Made by a program: the position numbers and the translations under genes
Notes under the pieces: generated by a model
What the model saw: the letters and a program-made list of their open reading frames with translations, nothing else
Told to the model about the DNA's origin: nothing
Database searches by the model: none
Source: Haplodiscus bocki
Lineage: Eukaryota
Assembly (NCBI GenBank): GCA_965655095.1
Contig: OZ296654.1
Location: 7,874,001-7,938,000, forward strand
Direction of reading: 5' to 3'
Length of the DNA: 64,000 bases
Shown here: positions 37,620 to 48,020 of the stretch, piece by piece
Layout: each line of letters starts with the position of its first letter
Numbering within the stretch: the stretch's first letter is position 1

Positions 37620-40379
37620 CAAAATGCCTCTTAATCAATTGTCAGAGCCTTCTCTCACTTAATCGTCGCTTATCGTTACCATCAAAGGTAAATTTAATAT
37701 CCGCCGACATTGGTTTGTGCACCGAAACTTGGCTCGATGAGAATTTTACACAAAATATTTTTCCTGAAGGCAATTGTTCAATTATAAATCGTTCGGACAG
37801 ATATACTGGTACACACGGCGGTGTATTGGTTCTGTCTAGAAAATGTTTAAAAGTGCGCAAAGTATCTCTAAATGCCGATTTTATGTGCTCAGTTATCTAT
37901 AAAAATGTACTTATTATTACCATATACAATCCACCCTTTACCAGTGATTTTCGCATCAAAGATATTATTCTGACAGAGAATATCGACAAAACTATTTCCA
38001 AAGCCAAATGTGACAACGTTATTATTTGTGGTGATTTTAACAAGCGAAAAATCGATTGGAACAGCATGACTGAAAGCACAACTTCATAGTATCCCGTATT
38101 CCTCGAAATGTTAACTAAAAACGGCTATGAACAAATTATTACTTCACCCACCCATCATTCTGGAAATATTCTCGACTGTGTGTTCATAAATTATGGGTCA
38201 ACGCACTTTACCATAGATGAAAAATCATTTTCCGATCACTATTTTGTTGAGTTCGACATTCCGAGAACACACTCTTCATGTGACTCTACATCTCAGCCTA
38301 TACTGTCCCTTAAACCAGATAACCCAATAATAAATCAGTGTATCGGATCTAATTTATTCTCATTTTTTACACCTGATACGACTGCCTATTATTCCCACTG
38401 GATTGGAGAATTAACCTCCATTATTCAACCCTTCTTCAAACGTAAGCGGCAAAGAAGAACCCAATTTCCTAGCTTTTACAGTTCGCACACTATTCACATG
38501 CTCAACAAGCTCCATACTACACACAGAAGAATCAATCGACAACCAACGTATATTCCCACATCATCAGTTCAAATATTAACCACCAATGTACAAGAATCTA
38601 TTGCTCTTGATACCCATATTTTCATTGAAAAATTTGTAGACGCGAATCTGAACGTTAATGATTGCTATAAACTGATCAATTTTTTCCAACGTAGCAATAA
38701 ATTACCAGCTTTTATGACTCTAAACGATGAAATCCTAAATGATGATCTTAATAAAGCGAATGGTTTCACCAAACATTTTTGCTGTGTTTTTAAGAGAGAT
38801 AGTCTACCATTTTCTGATTTCTCTGAAAATACCCTAAACAATATTGAATTCACAATTCAAGACGTCGATAAGGCTCTACAACAAACAAAACGTGGTTCTA
38901 GTACAGATGCTATTAATGGTTGTTTCATCTTACAGACTTCTAATGCACTGGGTATCCATTACCATAATTTATTAAAGAACTTGTTAAAACACTCATATTG
39001 GCCAAATGAATGGAAGCAAGCTATAATAACACCCCTTCATAAATCTGGTAATATCGAATCGATATGTAATTATAGACCAATTTCTTGTTTATCAAAATTA
39101 TCATTAGTATTTGAGCGCTTACTGTTCAATAAATTATATGATTTCTTCTCCCCCAATTATCCGGCTCCCAATTTGGTTTTATGAGACGCAAATCCACGGT
39201 GCTACAACTAATAATTTATTTGCAGGCTATCTACAATAACGTTGACACAAATACAGATTGTTATGCACTTTATCTCGATTTCTCAAAAGCATTTGATAGC
39301 GTATCTCACGCGACGCTACTCGAAAAATTACGCCTTTTTGGTATTGGAGGATCTTTGCTAAGGTTGCTACTGAGCTACCTAACAAATCGCGTTCAATGCG
39401 TTAAACTCAACAATATTATATCAGCGTCATTACCAGTTACCAGTGGTGTGCCTCAGGGATCAATTTTGGGTCCACTCCTATTTTTGGTTTTTATCAACGA
39501 CCTGCCAACCCAAGTATCGCACTCAAAAACGTTCCTGTATGCCGATGATCTTAAGTTTCGTCATAACAACCTTCTGGAAATGCAAAATGATATATTAGCA
39601 CTTTCTCAGTGGTCACAGGTAAACAAATTATCATTCAATGCCAAAAAGACACAGTTCATTTCATTCGATTTTCGGTCTCAAGACTGCATCACAGATGTTC
39701 CAGTTCTTATCCTGGATGACCATGAAATATTTCTTCAAAAAAGCATGGTTTATCTTGGTCTATCTTTTTCAAGCAACTTAGCTTGGTCAAAACACATATC
39801 TGATCGTCTAAAAGCATGTTACATTAGAATTATATCCTTAAAAAGATGTCTACCGCTGCATATACATAGCCAAATCAAGACTAAATTGTATAAGACCTAT
39901 ATTTTGCCAAATTACTTTACGGGTCACAAGTTTGGTCCCCGAATCGGAAAGACCTATCTAAATTAGAACATTTCCAGAAAAACGTCTCAAAGTGGATATG
40001 CAAGGGTGCTACATACAAGACTAGATTAATCTCGTCCGGTTTACTTCCTATAAATCTTCTCCTGAAAATAAACGATCTGCTATTTCTCAACCGAATCCTA
40101 AATGGCATGTATTATTTTGATTTTCAAAGCTTTTTATCGATCACTTACCCCTGTGACAGTTTTTACTACAACACTAGATCTACCCTGAATCCCGTTCTCA
40201 AGGTTAAATCAACTCGTACAAAACAGGCCGACAATCACTTTTTCCAGCGAATTGTTTTCCTGTCAAACTGGTTGATGAAGGAGCACAATGTAGACTCTTT
40301 CGTTGAGCCTAACATCTTCGAACCTCGAGTGAAACAGTTGTTCAAACGTTTATTTGCATCAGATGAATATGTTTTATAA
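37620..40379 (+). pseudogene. LINE ORF2: apurinic-type endonuclease and reverse transcriptase, with frameshifts
   Basis: LCTETWL, HGGVLV, IYNPP, ICGDFN, PTH.SGNILDCVF, SDHY; then NYRPISCL, YLDFSKAFDSVSH, SGVPQGSILGPLLFLVFINDLP and LYADDLK. Confidence 0.93.
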
Positions 40380-40542
40380 TTTTTAGTTTGTCATATTGTT
40401 TAATTTTTAGTCCCTACGAATAGTAATAAAGTCTTACATACATACATACATACATACATACAATAAAAATGATCCGCTTGAAAAATTAAGAGAAATGGTC
40501 CCTTTTCCACGGTTGGGAAAAAAGACGTTCAATGTACACTTT

Positions 40543-42946
40543 TTAATCGCAGCGAATGTCACCGTGTGACTTGTAGTGTTCAGGCACATCAGGTGCCCTA
40601 TAGGTGTAATGCGTATCTGCTTGCCGAGGAGCAGACGCGGGCGACAGCGTGCGTTTAAGTGTTTCAGTCGCTGCATCAGTTGCGATTTTATTGAGAGTTT
40701 GCTGGGAGAGAGATATAGTCCGAGCCAATTGAGAATATTCGCGGGGCGCAGTATCTATAACTGATAGTTGAGTGTCGTTTGACTGTTCGAGTTCAACAGC
40801 AGTTTGAGATTTTTTCGGACAGAATAACCCACACCAAAGTGGCGTCTCATTGTGGCGGTGTTTATACCTATGATAAATCCCGACAACAATTACATGTAGC
40901 AGCATTGATCAAGTAAATGATATCAAGCTCATCACGAGAGAGTGTCTGATAGAGAGATGGGAATCAAATTCCCTTGAGAGCGATGGACGCAATTGCGTCA
41001 TTTTTGTCGTAATGGGGCGTGCTATTTCCAAAAGTTTTTTCGGGTCGCGCATTTTAGGGCTATCAAGTAGTGTTTCTTGCACTTCTTTTAACATTGCTAT
41101 TCCCGCTTCTGCTTTCGTCGATTAATAAGGCATGTCATCAATTTCAGGAAATTCACTCCACAATTCCCGTAGTGGGTCTGGGAATTTAACATTCACTTTA
41201 ATCGCTGGCAGTTCTTCACAAGTGCTAAGGTCTGACCGAATCTTTATATGGTCTCCTGACAATTGTTTACCACATTTCAATGTTATAATACAAATACGAC
41301 ATCCTGGATATTTAACAATACCGGATGATGTAGTTGACTCTGTATCTGATTCAAATAAAGTATAAGCAGTAGTAGCGGACGTTATAAGCCAAACTCCATA
41401 ACCTAAGTTTTCTAATTTTTTCTGTTGCCGGCAAAACTATCTGCTCCGTTTCACAAACTTGTAATGCTGCCACGCTATCTTTGAAGTACAACGTTGCCAA
41501 ACAGGAATCATGACCTGTTTCTGTAGCAATCATGTCTAGGCATATTTGATAACGTGACGATCCAATGAATCTACCAAGATCATATTCAGTCAAAAATGCG
41601 GTTTCTCTATTATTTTCTGAAATAGCTAGGTAAGGCGCTTCCAATTTCCATTTGATTGCCAAATCTGGTTCCAGTTGAGGCATAGGTACTGCAATTGCGC
41701 GGAATACCGTGAACGCTGAATCTTTCGGTGCTAGTGGAATTGCAATGCGCATTATGAATCCTTGTTCAACCACTAAAACAACTCAAAGTAATTGCGATTC
41801 GTAATAAGCAATGGTTTCATCCATTGGTATAGCTAATGAGAGTCGGTCCAATTTTCTCCATTGTTCCGATGCAACATTGTCTAAGATAGCTAGAAGTGCT
41901 TGTCTAGGAACAAGTGACATGGGTAAATAGTTATTCAGAGGTGGTTGTATCGAATTCATCATGTTAATTTTGTAAGTGTAAAGAGCACCTCGATAACTTT
42001 TGATGTTTGCGAATGTCAATGCCAGCAGCGATGAGATTGTATCATAATTGAAATTAATTTGCTGTCTTGAGAATAAAAGTTGGTCACAATCTCGCAGTAC
42101 ATGAATATTGTGTTGAAGTACTTCAAAGTGCTCTTCGGTAATTCTCCAGTTACGATTTTGGACTTCAAGCATTTCCTTTTGGACGGATTTAAGTGCTTCT
42201 AATTCCGTGGTAACCATGAAGAATTTATCATTCACTTGATTTCGTAATTTGAAAACATCCTGCGTTAGGCTTTCCGTAAATTCGGCAAGTTTCTCAATAT
42301 TATTTGCATTTTGTTTTGCTCTGTCATGACACGATCCAAAAATACCTCTTAATCCACAACTACCGCTTCCTAAAGCTATTCCGGATCCGAAAAGTCCTAC
42401 TGATGCAAGCGCCATTATTGCAAGTGGCGCTGCCCTCGGCTTCCCATTTCGAGCTTGAGCGGCTGCGTCGTCGGTGTTCAAGAATGAGGAAGTATAGATG
42501 CGAAGAGCTTCCAGCTCTTTCTCTGCAAGCGTAACTTCGTTCTCAACTGGATGTAGTAACCAATCTATATCGAATGTGGAATCATTTCGTTGGAAGTTTG
42601 TGGAGTAATCGAGGTGACATTGCCAGCTAGATGCGTCCCATAGAGGTGCAAGTATGTTAATATAGGCGCCCAATTCGGCACTCACGTTCATTTCAAACTT
42701 TGGAAATGGGACCAAAATGTCGACGTTTATAAATTTTTAAACTAACAGAATTTTTGTAACGGGATTGAAAATTTTTCCATTTGTGAGTACTGCACCAGAG
42801 TCTTGGTCAGCAATAATATCGGATTTCCATTCAGTCCGAGCAGTTATTGCACCCAATAGGAGCGAAAGTGCTGAAAAAAAATGTTGCGTGTGAAAAGAGT
42901 TGAGTCGTTTCACGGAAGATGTCGCGGAGAAAAAAAAACAATACAC
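40543..42946 (-). pseudogene. env: Envelope glycoprotein (class I fusion protein, errantivirus/baculovirus-F-like), disrupted
   Basis: Signal-like FFSALSLLLGAITA; basic cleavage site (RNGKPR) followed by a fusion peptide AAPLAIMALASVGLFGSGIALG; heptad repeat; Cys-rich ectodomain; TM-like SLVMSLISFT*SMLLHVIVVGIY. Spread over ORFs 42737..42946, 41783..42715, 41351..41773, 40909..41094 and 40543..40905. Confidence 0.85.
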
Positions 42947-43579
42947 CAGAAGGGAAAGTTATGAAGCAGTTTTTTTTGGGTGTGAAAGGAGAAATGCTGT
43001 TTGGTCTTTGTCCAGAATTTTGTATTTTTGTTAATTTAGTCGGAAAAGAAAACAATGTGTAAGAGAAATTCCGAGCGTTTCAGAGCTGCGCTGAGCAAAA
43101 CGTGCGTCGAAAAAGTCATTAATGGCCTGTTGGTGAAGTGTTGCGAGACTATTACCTGTGTCGGGAAGGTATGTATCGAAGGCATATTGGAAGGCTGTCA
43201 GGAGCCTGTTGATGAGCAACAACTTGCCAAGGACATGTCTTGGGTCAAGATGATACTGCTGCTTGGTATCCTCATTCTTTACTTCGTCTTTCGCCGAATG
43301 TGGTAGTTGTACTATGGTTACAAAGAGGCAGTGAAGATTTCGATGCTACTACTCGCAGTTACCATTTCTTTTAGCTTATATTTTAATCTGTATTTAATTG
43401 AAGTGTTAGTTTAAATTAGATTTGGTTCAATTTCGTACTTTATAGCGTCTGGAAAGAATCTAGCTAAGCACAGCCCCATGCTGTTGTAATCTGTGTTCGA
43501 GCTGAAAACAACCATTGATTGCTTCAAACTGTGTAGGGCTGGATCATTGGATCACTTATTCTGTTAAAACTCCTTTCAG

Positions 43580-44788
43580 ATTTTATGTGGGTATATCACT
43601 TGCGAAAGTGAAACACAGCGAAGGCTCGAGATTGTCAAAACAGTGGCTAAAATGACTACACGATTTGAAAATAAAATGGAAGGGAACCTGGAGAGAACAC
43701 TGTCCGAGGAGAACCTGATATCATTAGGATGGCTACCCGTCCCATCCATTGACGGATCAAATTGTTCCTCGTGGGCGGAAATTGTTATGAAAATGAGGGA
43801 ATCCGGTATGGATATTATAGTGGATGCGGATTGGCCCACTTGTCCGATTGTGGTTAGAAATCAGAAGGAATTTCAGGTAAGCCCCGAGTTTTGTGCAAAG
43901 GTAGCGGAGTCTAGTGGGAGAGTACGTTGGATAATAAATGTGCAGAAGGGATTTTTTGTCCCCAAGCAACAACTCTATGGAGCAATTAAAAGTCACGATA
44001 CTGACTTTACTAAGAAATCACGCGCCTATTCGTTCAATCTAGAGGGCCTAATAGACATGAAAAAGCCGGAAGCAATTACGTTGACTAAATTAGATGGGAT
44101 TATAGCATATGGACCGTGGTTTACTTCTGGACATATCGAAACTAGAGGGGATGACAGTATTACCCATGTGCCAATTGGAAGAAAATTAATGGTCATTGCC
44201 AAGCGTGGAAATCCAGCTCGAAGATTGGAGGCACTGATGACATCGGTGAAGTCGCTAGTAAACCTGTTGATGAAACCCCCGCCAAAGAGATTCGGTTGGG
44301 ATGTGAAGTTGTTTTTCACAAGTCCAGATGCAATTATGGTGCAACCTGCTCTTTGGACACATACTGTGATCATTTTCGGAAATGGGCCTTCTCTGGTTGT
44401 CGGATTTGAAGGTTTACTAAACAACGATGGCCTGCGGAGAGAGCAAGTTTTGAAAAGATTTGCCTCTGGTATCGAGCGCGAGAGGCAGACTCATCTATTG
44501 CAAATTTTACCGGACCACGCCATATTAAGAAGGTTAGAAACATCAAAGAAGAAGAAGACAGCCCTGTACGAGCAACTAGATTGTCTGCAACACGATTCAA
44601 AGTCCTCGCAATCCACTTCCAGCAAACGAAATTGTTTCGTAACCCGAAAAAATAGACGACTGTTGAATTTGCCACGTTGCCGAAGACGCATTGAACAGAA
44701 AATGGCGACGAAAAAAGGTAAAATTATCACTCGTAAAAAAAGAATTCTGCATTTTGATTCAAGGTATTTTCAAATGGACCCTGTCTAG
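43580..44788 (+). CDS. JmjC-domain Fe(II)/2-oxoglutarate oxygenase (histone-demethylase-like), antisense accessory gene of the Gypsy element
   Basis: Stop-free frame from 43568 to 44788. It contains WFTSGHIE (His 44132, Glu 44138), GRKLMVI, and SPDAIMVQPALWTHTVIIFGNGPSLVVGFE (His 44360), plus a basic NLS-like tail. The 5' end may be spliced; otherwise the first ATG is at 43652. Confidence 0.8.
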   Translation: MLCGYITCESETQRRLEIVKTVAKMTTRFENKMEGNLERTLSEENLISLGWLPVPSIDGSNCSSWAEIVMKMRESGMDIIVDADWPTCPIVVRNQKEFQVSPEFCAKVAESSGRVRWIINVQKGFFVPKQQLYGAIKSHDTDFTKKSRAYSFNLEGLIDMKKPEAITLTKLDGIIAYGPWFTSGHIETRGDDSITHVPIGRKLMVIAKRGNPARRLEALMTSVKSLVNLLMKPPPKRFGWDVKLFFTSPDAIMVQPALWTHTVIIFGNGPSLVVGFEGLLNNDGLRREQVLKRFASGIERERQTHLLQILPDHAILRRLETSKKKKTALYEQLDCLQHDSKSSQSTSSKRNCFVTRKNRRLLNLPRCRRRIEQKMATKKGKIITRKKRILHFDSRYFQMDPV

Positions 44789-45685
44789 AGAGAAAGAACA
44801 AGTGGACTATTGAAGCGCAAGAAAATCTGAAAAATTAACGGTGAGCTCACTCACGTATCTGTAAACGACTGATATCAAAAAAAATGTCAATCACAGTGTC
44901 GTCACTATGTTTGGAGAGCACTAAACTGTGAGCAACTTGGCCTGTATGGGCACGGGCTATGCGGCTCGTCTCAGATAGCGAGCGAAAAAAACAGGTAGGG
45001 AATGGTTGTAGTCGCTGTCTGATTTTACTGATACCCCGGGCGGGAAATTACTAAGTAAGCCCGCTTTTACAAGCCTCAATGTGGCGGCTAATTGTACCCT
45101 TCCTACAACAGGTAAGACCTTCCGTCAAGAAATGATGATGGTGGATTTTTGAATTTCTGCCAAAAAGTTGGAAAAAACCTGGTCTTGTTTTCCAAAAAAA
45201 CGGTAAAAATGACGATACGGCGCTGAGTTGTCTGAGGATAAAATGGCCCCGTTTTTTTTCTGACGGATATTAGGCAATAAAAGGTGCTTCAAAAGAAGGC
45301 CAACAGTAAGGCGAAAAAGCGTATCGTGGCGGATTTTTTTGGCTTTTTTTTTGCGGTCACAAAATTGAGAAAAAAAATATCGTCATTGAGACTAAAAATA
45401 TTATAGCATCAAATTTGATGGTCTTGTTTGTCCAAGCTATACAAGGCCAAAGAGCTGAAGGCATCTGTCTGCATTTATTCAGGGGTGGTGGTTACCATCT
45501 GAGAATTTTATCAGTGTCAGTTTTGTTTGTTTGTTTTTTTGTTTTTTTTTGTTTTTTTTTTGTGTAGCGTCTCGAGCGATGCAAGAGAAAACAACAACAA
45601 TGAAGCTCAATTTTGCCAAAGTGTAAAATGAAAAATTATACTGGTGGAATTAATTTGAAAATTAAAGTTACGATGAAAAGTTTTA

Positions 45686-46006
45686 TTACAGTGACTCGCG
45701 CTGATTATACCAAGCCACGGATTGCATGGCAAAGACGTCAAGGTGAATTAGCCAGTCGACAAGTGAATCTTGGCTAGCTGTTTCCGCGTTACGAGCTGCG
45801 CATGCGATCAACTCATTCCAAGCAGGGGTGTTCGGGAAGGTGGGGTTGTGCCAATACAATAAATGGCCATAATTCCATCGGTGGAATGTCAAAATCAGTG
45901 GGGGGTAGCCAAGTTCGCCGCCCATACCGACTAGTTGAACTCTCCCAAAAACATCGCAAACGTAGTATTCGTGGGAATAAAGCCAATTTAAATGGTGCTT
46001 TTTCAA
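45686..46006 (-). CDS. Accessory ORF C, unknown Trp-rich family (paralogue of A and B)
   Basis: 106 open codons; shares the LxW...W...L......P....W..L...A.......DW pattern with A and B. AATAAA overlaps the stop. No ATG at the aligned start. Confidence 0.6.
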   Translation of the reverse strand: MKKHHLNWLYSHEYYVCDVFGRVQLVGMGGELGYPPLILTFHRWNYGHLLYWHNPTFPNTPAWNELIACAARNAETASQDSLVDWLIHLDVFAMQSVAWYNQRESL

Positions 46007-46346
46007 AACTGAAACGTCTAAAAAAATTAGTATATACTTGAGGGCTATTTAGCTTCTCATATGCTAAAGAAGGTCTGAGTGCAAATTATAATGTTTGACT
46101 TTCATCAGGCAAACCTGACGCTAAAGAAAAATTTTCTTCTTATAAAAGAACAACGTACAAGTCCTAAATGGGATGTTGGAAACTCAGATATCGTGACTCA
46201 ATTAAAAGTGTTTTGTGTTTGTGATTTTTTTGCTTGTTTGTTTTTTTTTTCAAATTTCCAATAGATAAAGAACTAAAATATGAATATTCAAGAAAAAGTA
46301 GTTCCTTTTATAAGAGTAAATAGAGTTGTGCTGTCATGATCTGAAT

Positions 46347-46628
46347 TCACAGATGGCTTCGGCATTGTCTGGCCATCCAATCAAGGAGATCTTCAGCCAA
46401 GTTGAAGTCATGAGCCTAGGGAGCAGCGGCACTCATGAGTGTGCTCCATTCCGGTGATTCCGGGTAAATTGTAAAATCTTTGTATATGAGTTCTCCTTGA
46501 CTCCAATAACGGGTTGTGAAATCCACTCGGGGGGTGATGTATGAAAGGATCACTCTCCAGACCACAGGAACGCCGTGAAAATCACTTTTGTATCCAGTGA
46601 TGGGAATTCTCCAAAATAAACGACTCAT
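46347..46628 (-). CDS. Accessory ORF B, unknown Trp-rich family; in-frame TAG at 46416-46418
   Basis: CACCACC-ATG start with TATAAAA about 60 nt upstream. Homology to A and C continues past the stop (AHDFNLAEDLLDW). Confidence 0.6.
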
Positions 46629-46688
46629 GGTGGTGTCTAACTTTGAATGACTGAGCTAAGACTGATGATAGAAGTGGAAAATCTGTGT

Positions 46689-46695
46689 TTTTATA
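46689..46695 (-). promoter_or_regulatory. Candidate internal TATA box for ORF B
   Basis: TATAAAA followed about 25-35 nt downstream by TCAGT initiator-like motifs, then the ATG. Confidence 0.4.
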
Positions 46696-46754
46696 GAGGC
46701 TGATAAGATAAATGATGATTGATCCAAGATCATTAAGCGAGATCAAGTGTTCTG

Positions 46755-47060
46755 TTACAAGACCATGAAAAATAATGTGCGTTTTTGTGGCTGGTTGACA
46801 ATGATAACCCAGTCAGCAAAATTTTGCAGCTCGTCGTTATCAGCTTATTGCCTGGCGGAATCAATCAATGCACTCCATTCAAATGTATGCGGTAAGACAT
46901 TAAATTCATCAAACACCAGCATTTGGTGGTGCCACCTCTGTGTATAATGTCGAAGACATGGTGGAGTGAGTCCGCGATGTTCAATTCTTCTAATCGTGAT
47001 GTTTTGGAATATCTCGCATGTTAAAGTACGGTGATGATAGCCCCAAAAGAGGTTATTCAT
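46755..47060 (-). CDS. Accessory ORF A, unknown Trp-rich family; in-frame TAA at 46845-46847
   Basis: GAAA-ATG start. Homology to B and C continues past the stop (ADNDELQNFADW). Confidence 0.6.
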
Positions 47061-47447
47061 TTTCAGTCGTTTGAATGTACTGGAATATGATCTGAGGAGC
47101 GTGTCCGCTTTGCTATGGCAGTAAGTTGACCTATGAGGGCTTTAGTTTTGAATATTGAATTCTAATTTGACTTCTGATAAATTTTGAGTGGCTATTTTTG
47201 ATAAGAATTGATTGACAGCTAGTACTGCGAACTCTTATCTTAAGTAAATATTGAAGTCACTTGTATCAGACAGTAAGACGCCAAAGAGTTGATAAAGGTA
47301 TTTGCTAACTAATCGGTTGATCGCACTAAGTGTCGGGTTTGTGAAGATCGGTCAACGTCAGAATTGCATCAATTTTCGGTAGGCTGTGTATTATAAATAC
47401 TTCACTCAAAATTAATGGCTCTCAGCTCGATCGCGCGGTGGTCTCGG

Positions 47448-48020
47448 TTAATGATTAAGCGTTTTGAGCATTCCCTCAAAAGCTAATTTTCGTGCGTTAG
47501 CCATGTGGAATATGTCCATTCGCGTTTTCTCGTCATTCGGATTTTCTTCCGCGAGAAGAGTATTGTCAAGGTTAGAATTCACATGAACTTTCTGCAAGAA
47601 GATGTTGACCCGAATATCAGTATTGGCAAATAAGCACAGAATTATATTGAAAACTCGTGCCCATTCTAATTTATCAAGTCCACACCCGATTTGTGGTAAG
47701 TTATTTTCTTTAATTCCGTACGTTAACATATGACTTTTCATGCGACAGAGACTTTTTCGTAAGTTATTATAATTCGGTTTGTGATAATGTCTTTGTTTTG
47801 TTACCAAATTGTAAATCCAATTGCCATTTGGGCTTGGAAAGTGCGCAATTAGAGATCCTGCCTTTAAATTTCGATAATACGGGCGTAATTTTTCCAATTC
47901 AGGGTGTAATCGCACAAATTGTGTAGCAATTCCTGCTTACATTGCCAAGTCAGAAGAAACACAGTGTCCAAAATTTGCGGTTTTGTCTCGGAGTAAGTCT
48001 CCCTGTAAAATTCGAACGTT
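47448..48020 (-). pseudogene. TARG1/OARD1/DarG-type macrodomain at the C-terminus of pol
   Basis: VRILQGDLL....FGHCVSSDLAM*AGIATQF...WIYNLVTKQRHYHKPNYNNLRKSL......LPQIGCGLDKLEW. It is in frame with the post-integrase linker, with one stop at 47937-47939. Confidence 0.88.

Larger units (their letters stand above)
36586..40461 (+). mobile_element. Near full-length CR1/L2-group LINE nested in the 3' region of the Gypsy element
   Basis: 5' UTR, PHD-finger ORF1, endonuclease plus RT ORF2 and a (TACA)n tail at 40435-40462. Candidate AATAAA duplication at 36580-36585 and 40462-40467; the left boundary is tentative. Confidence 0.9.
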
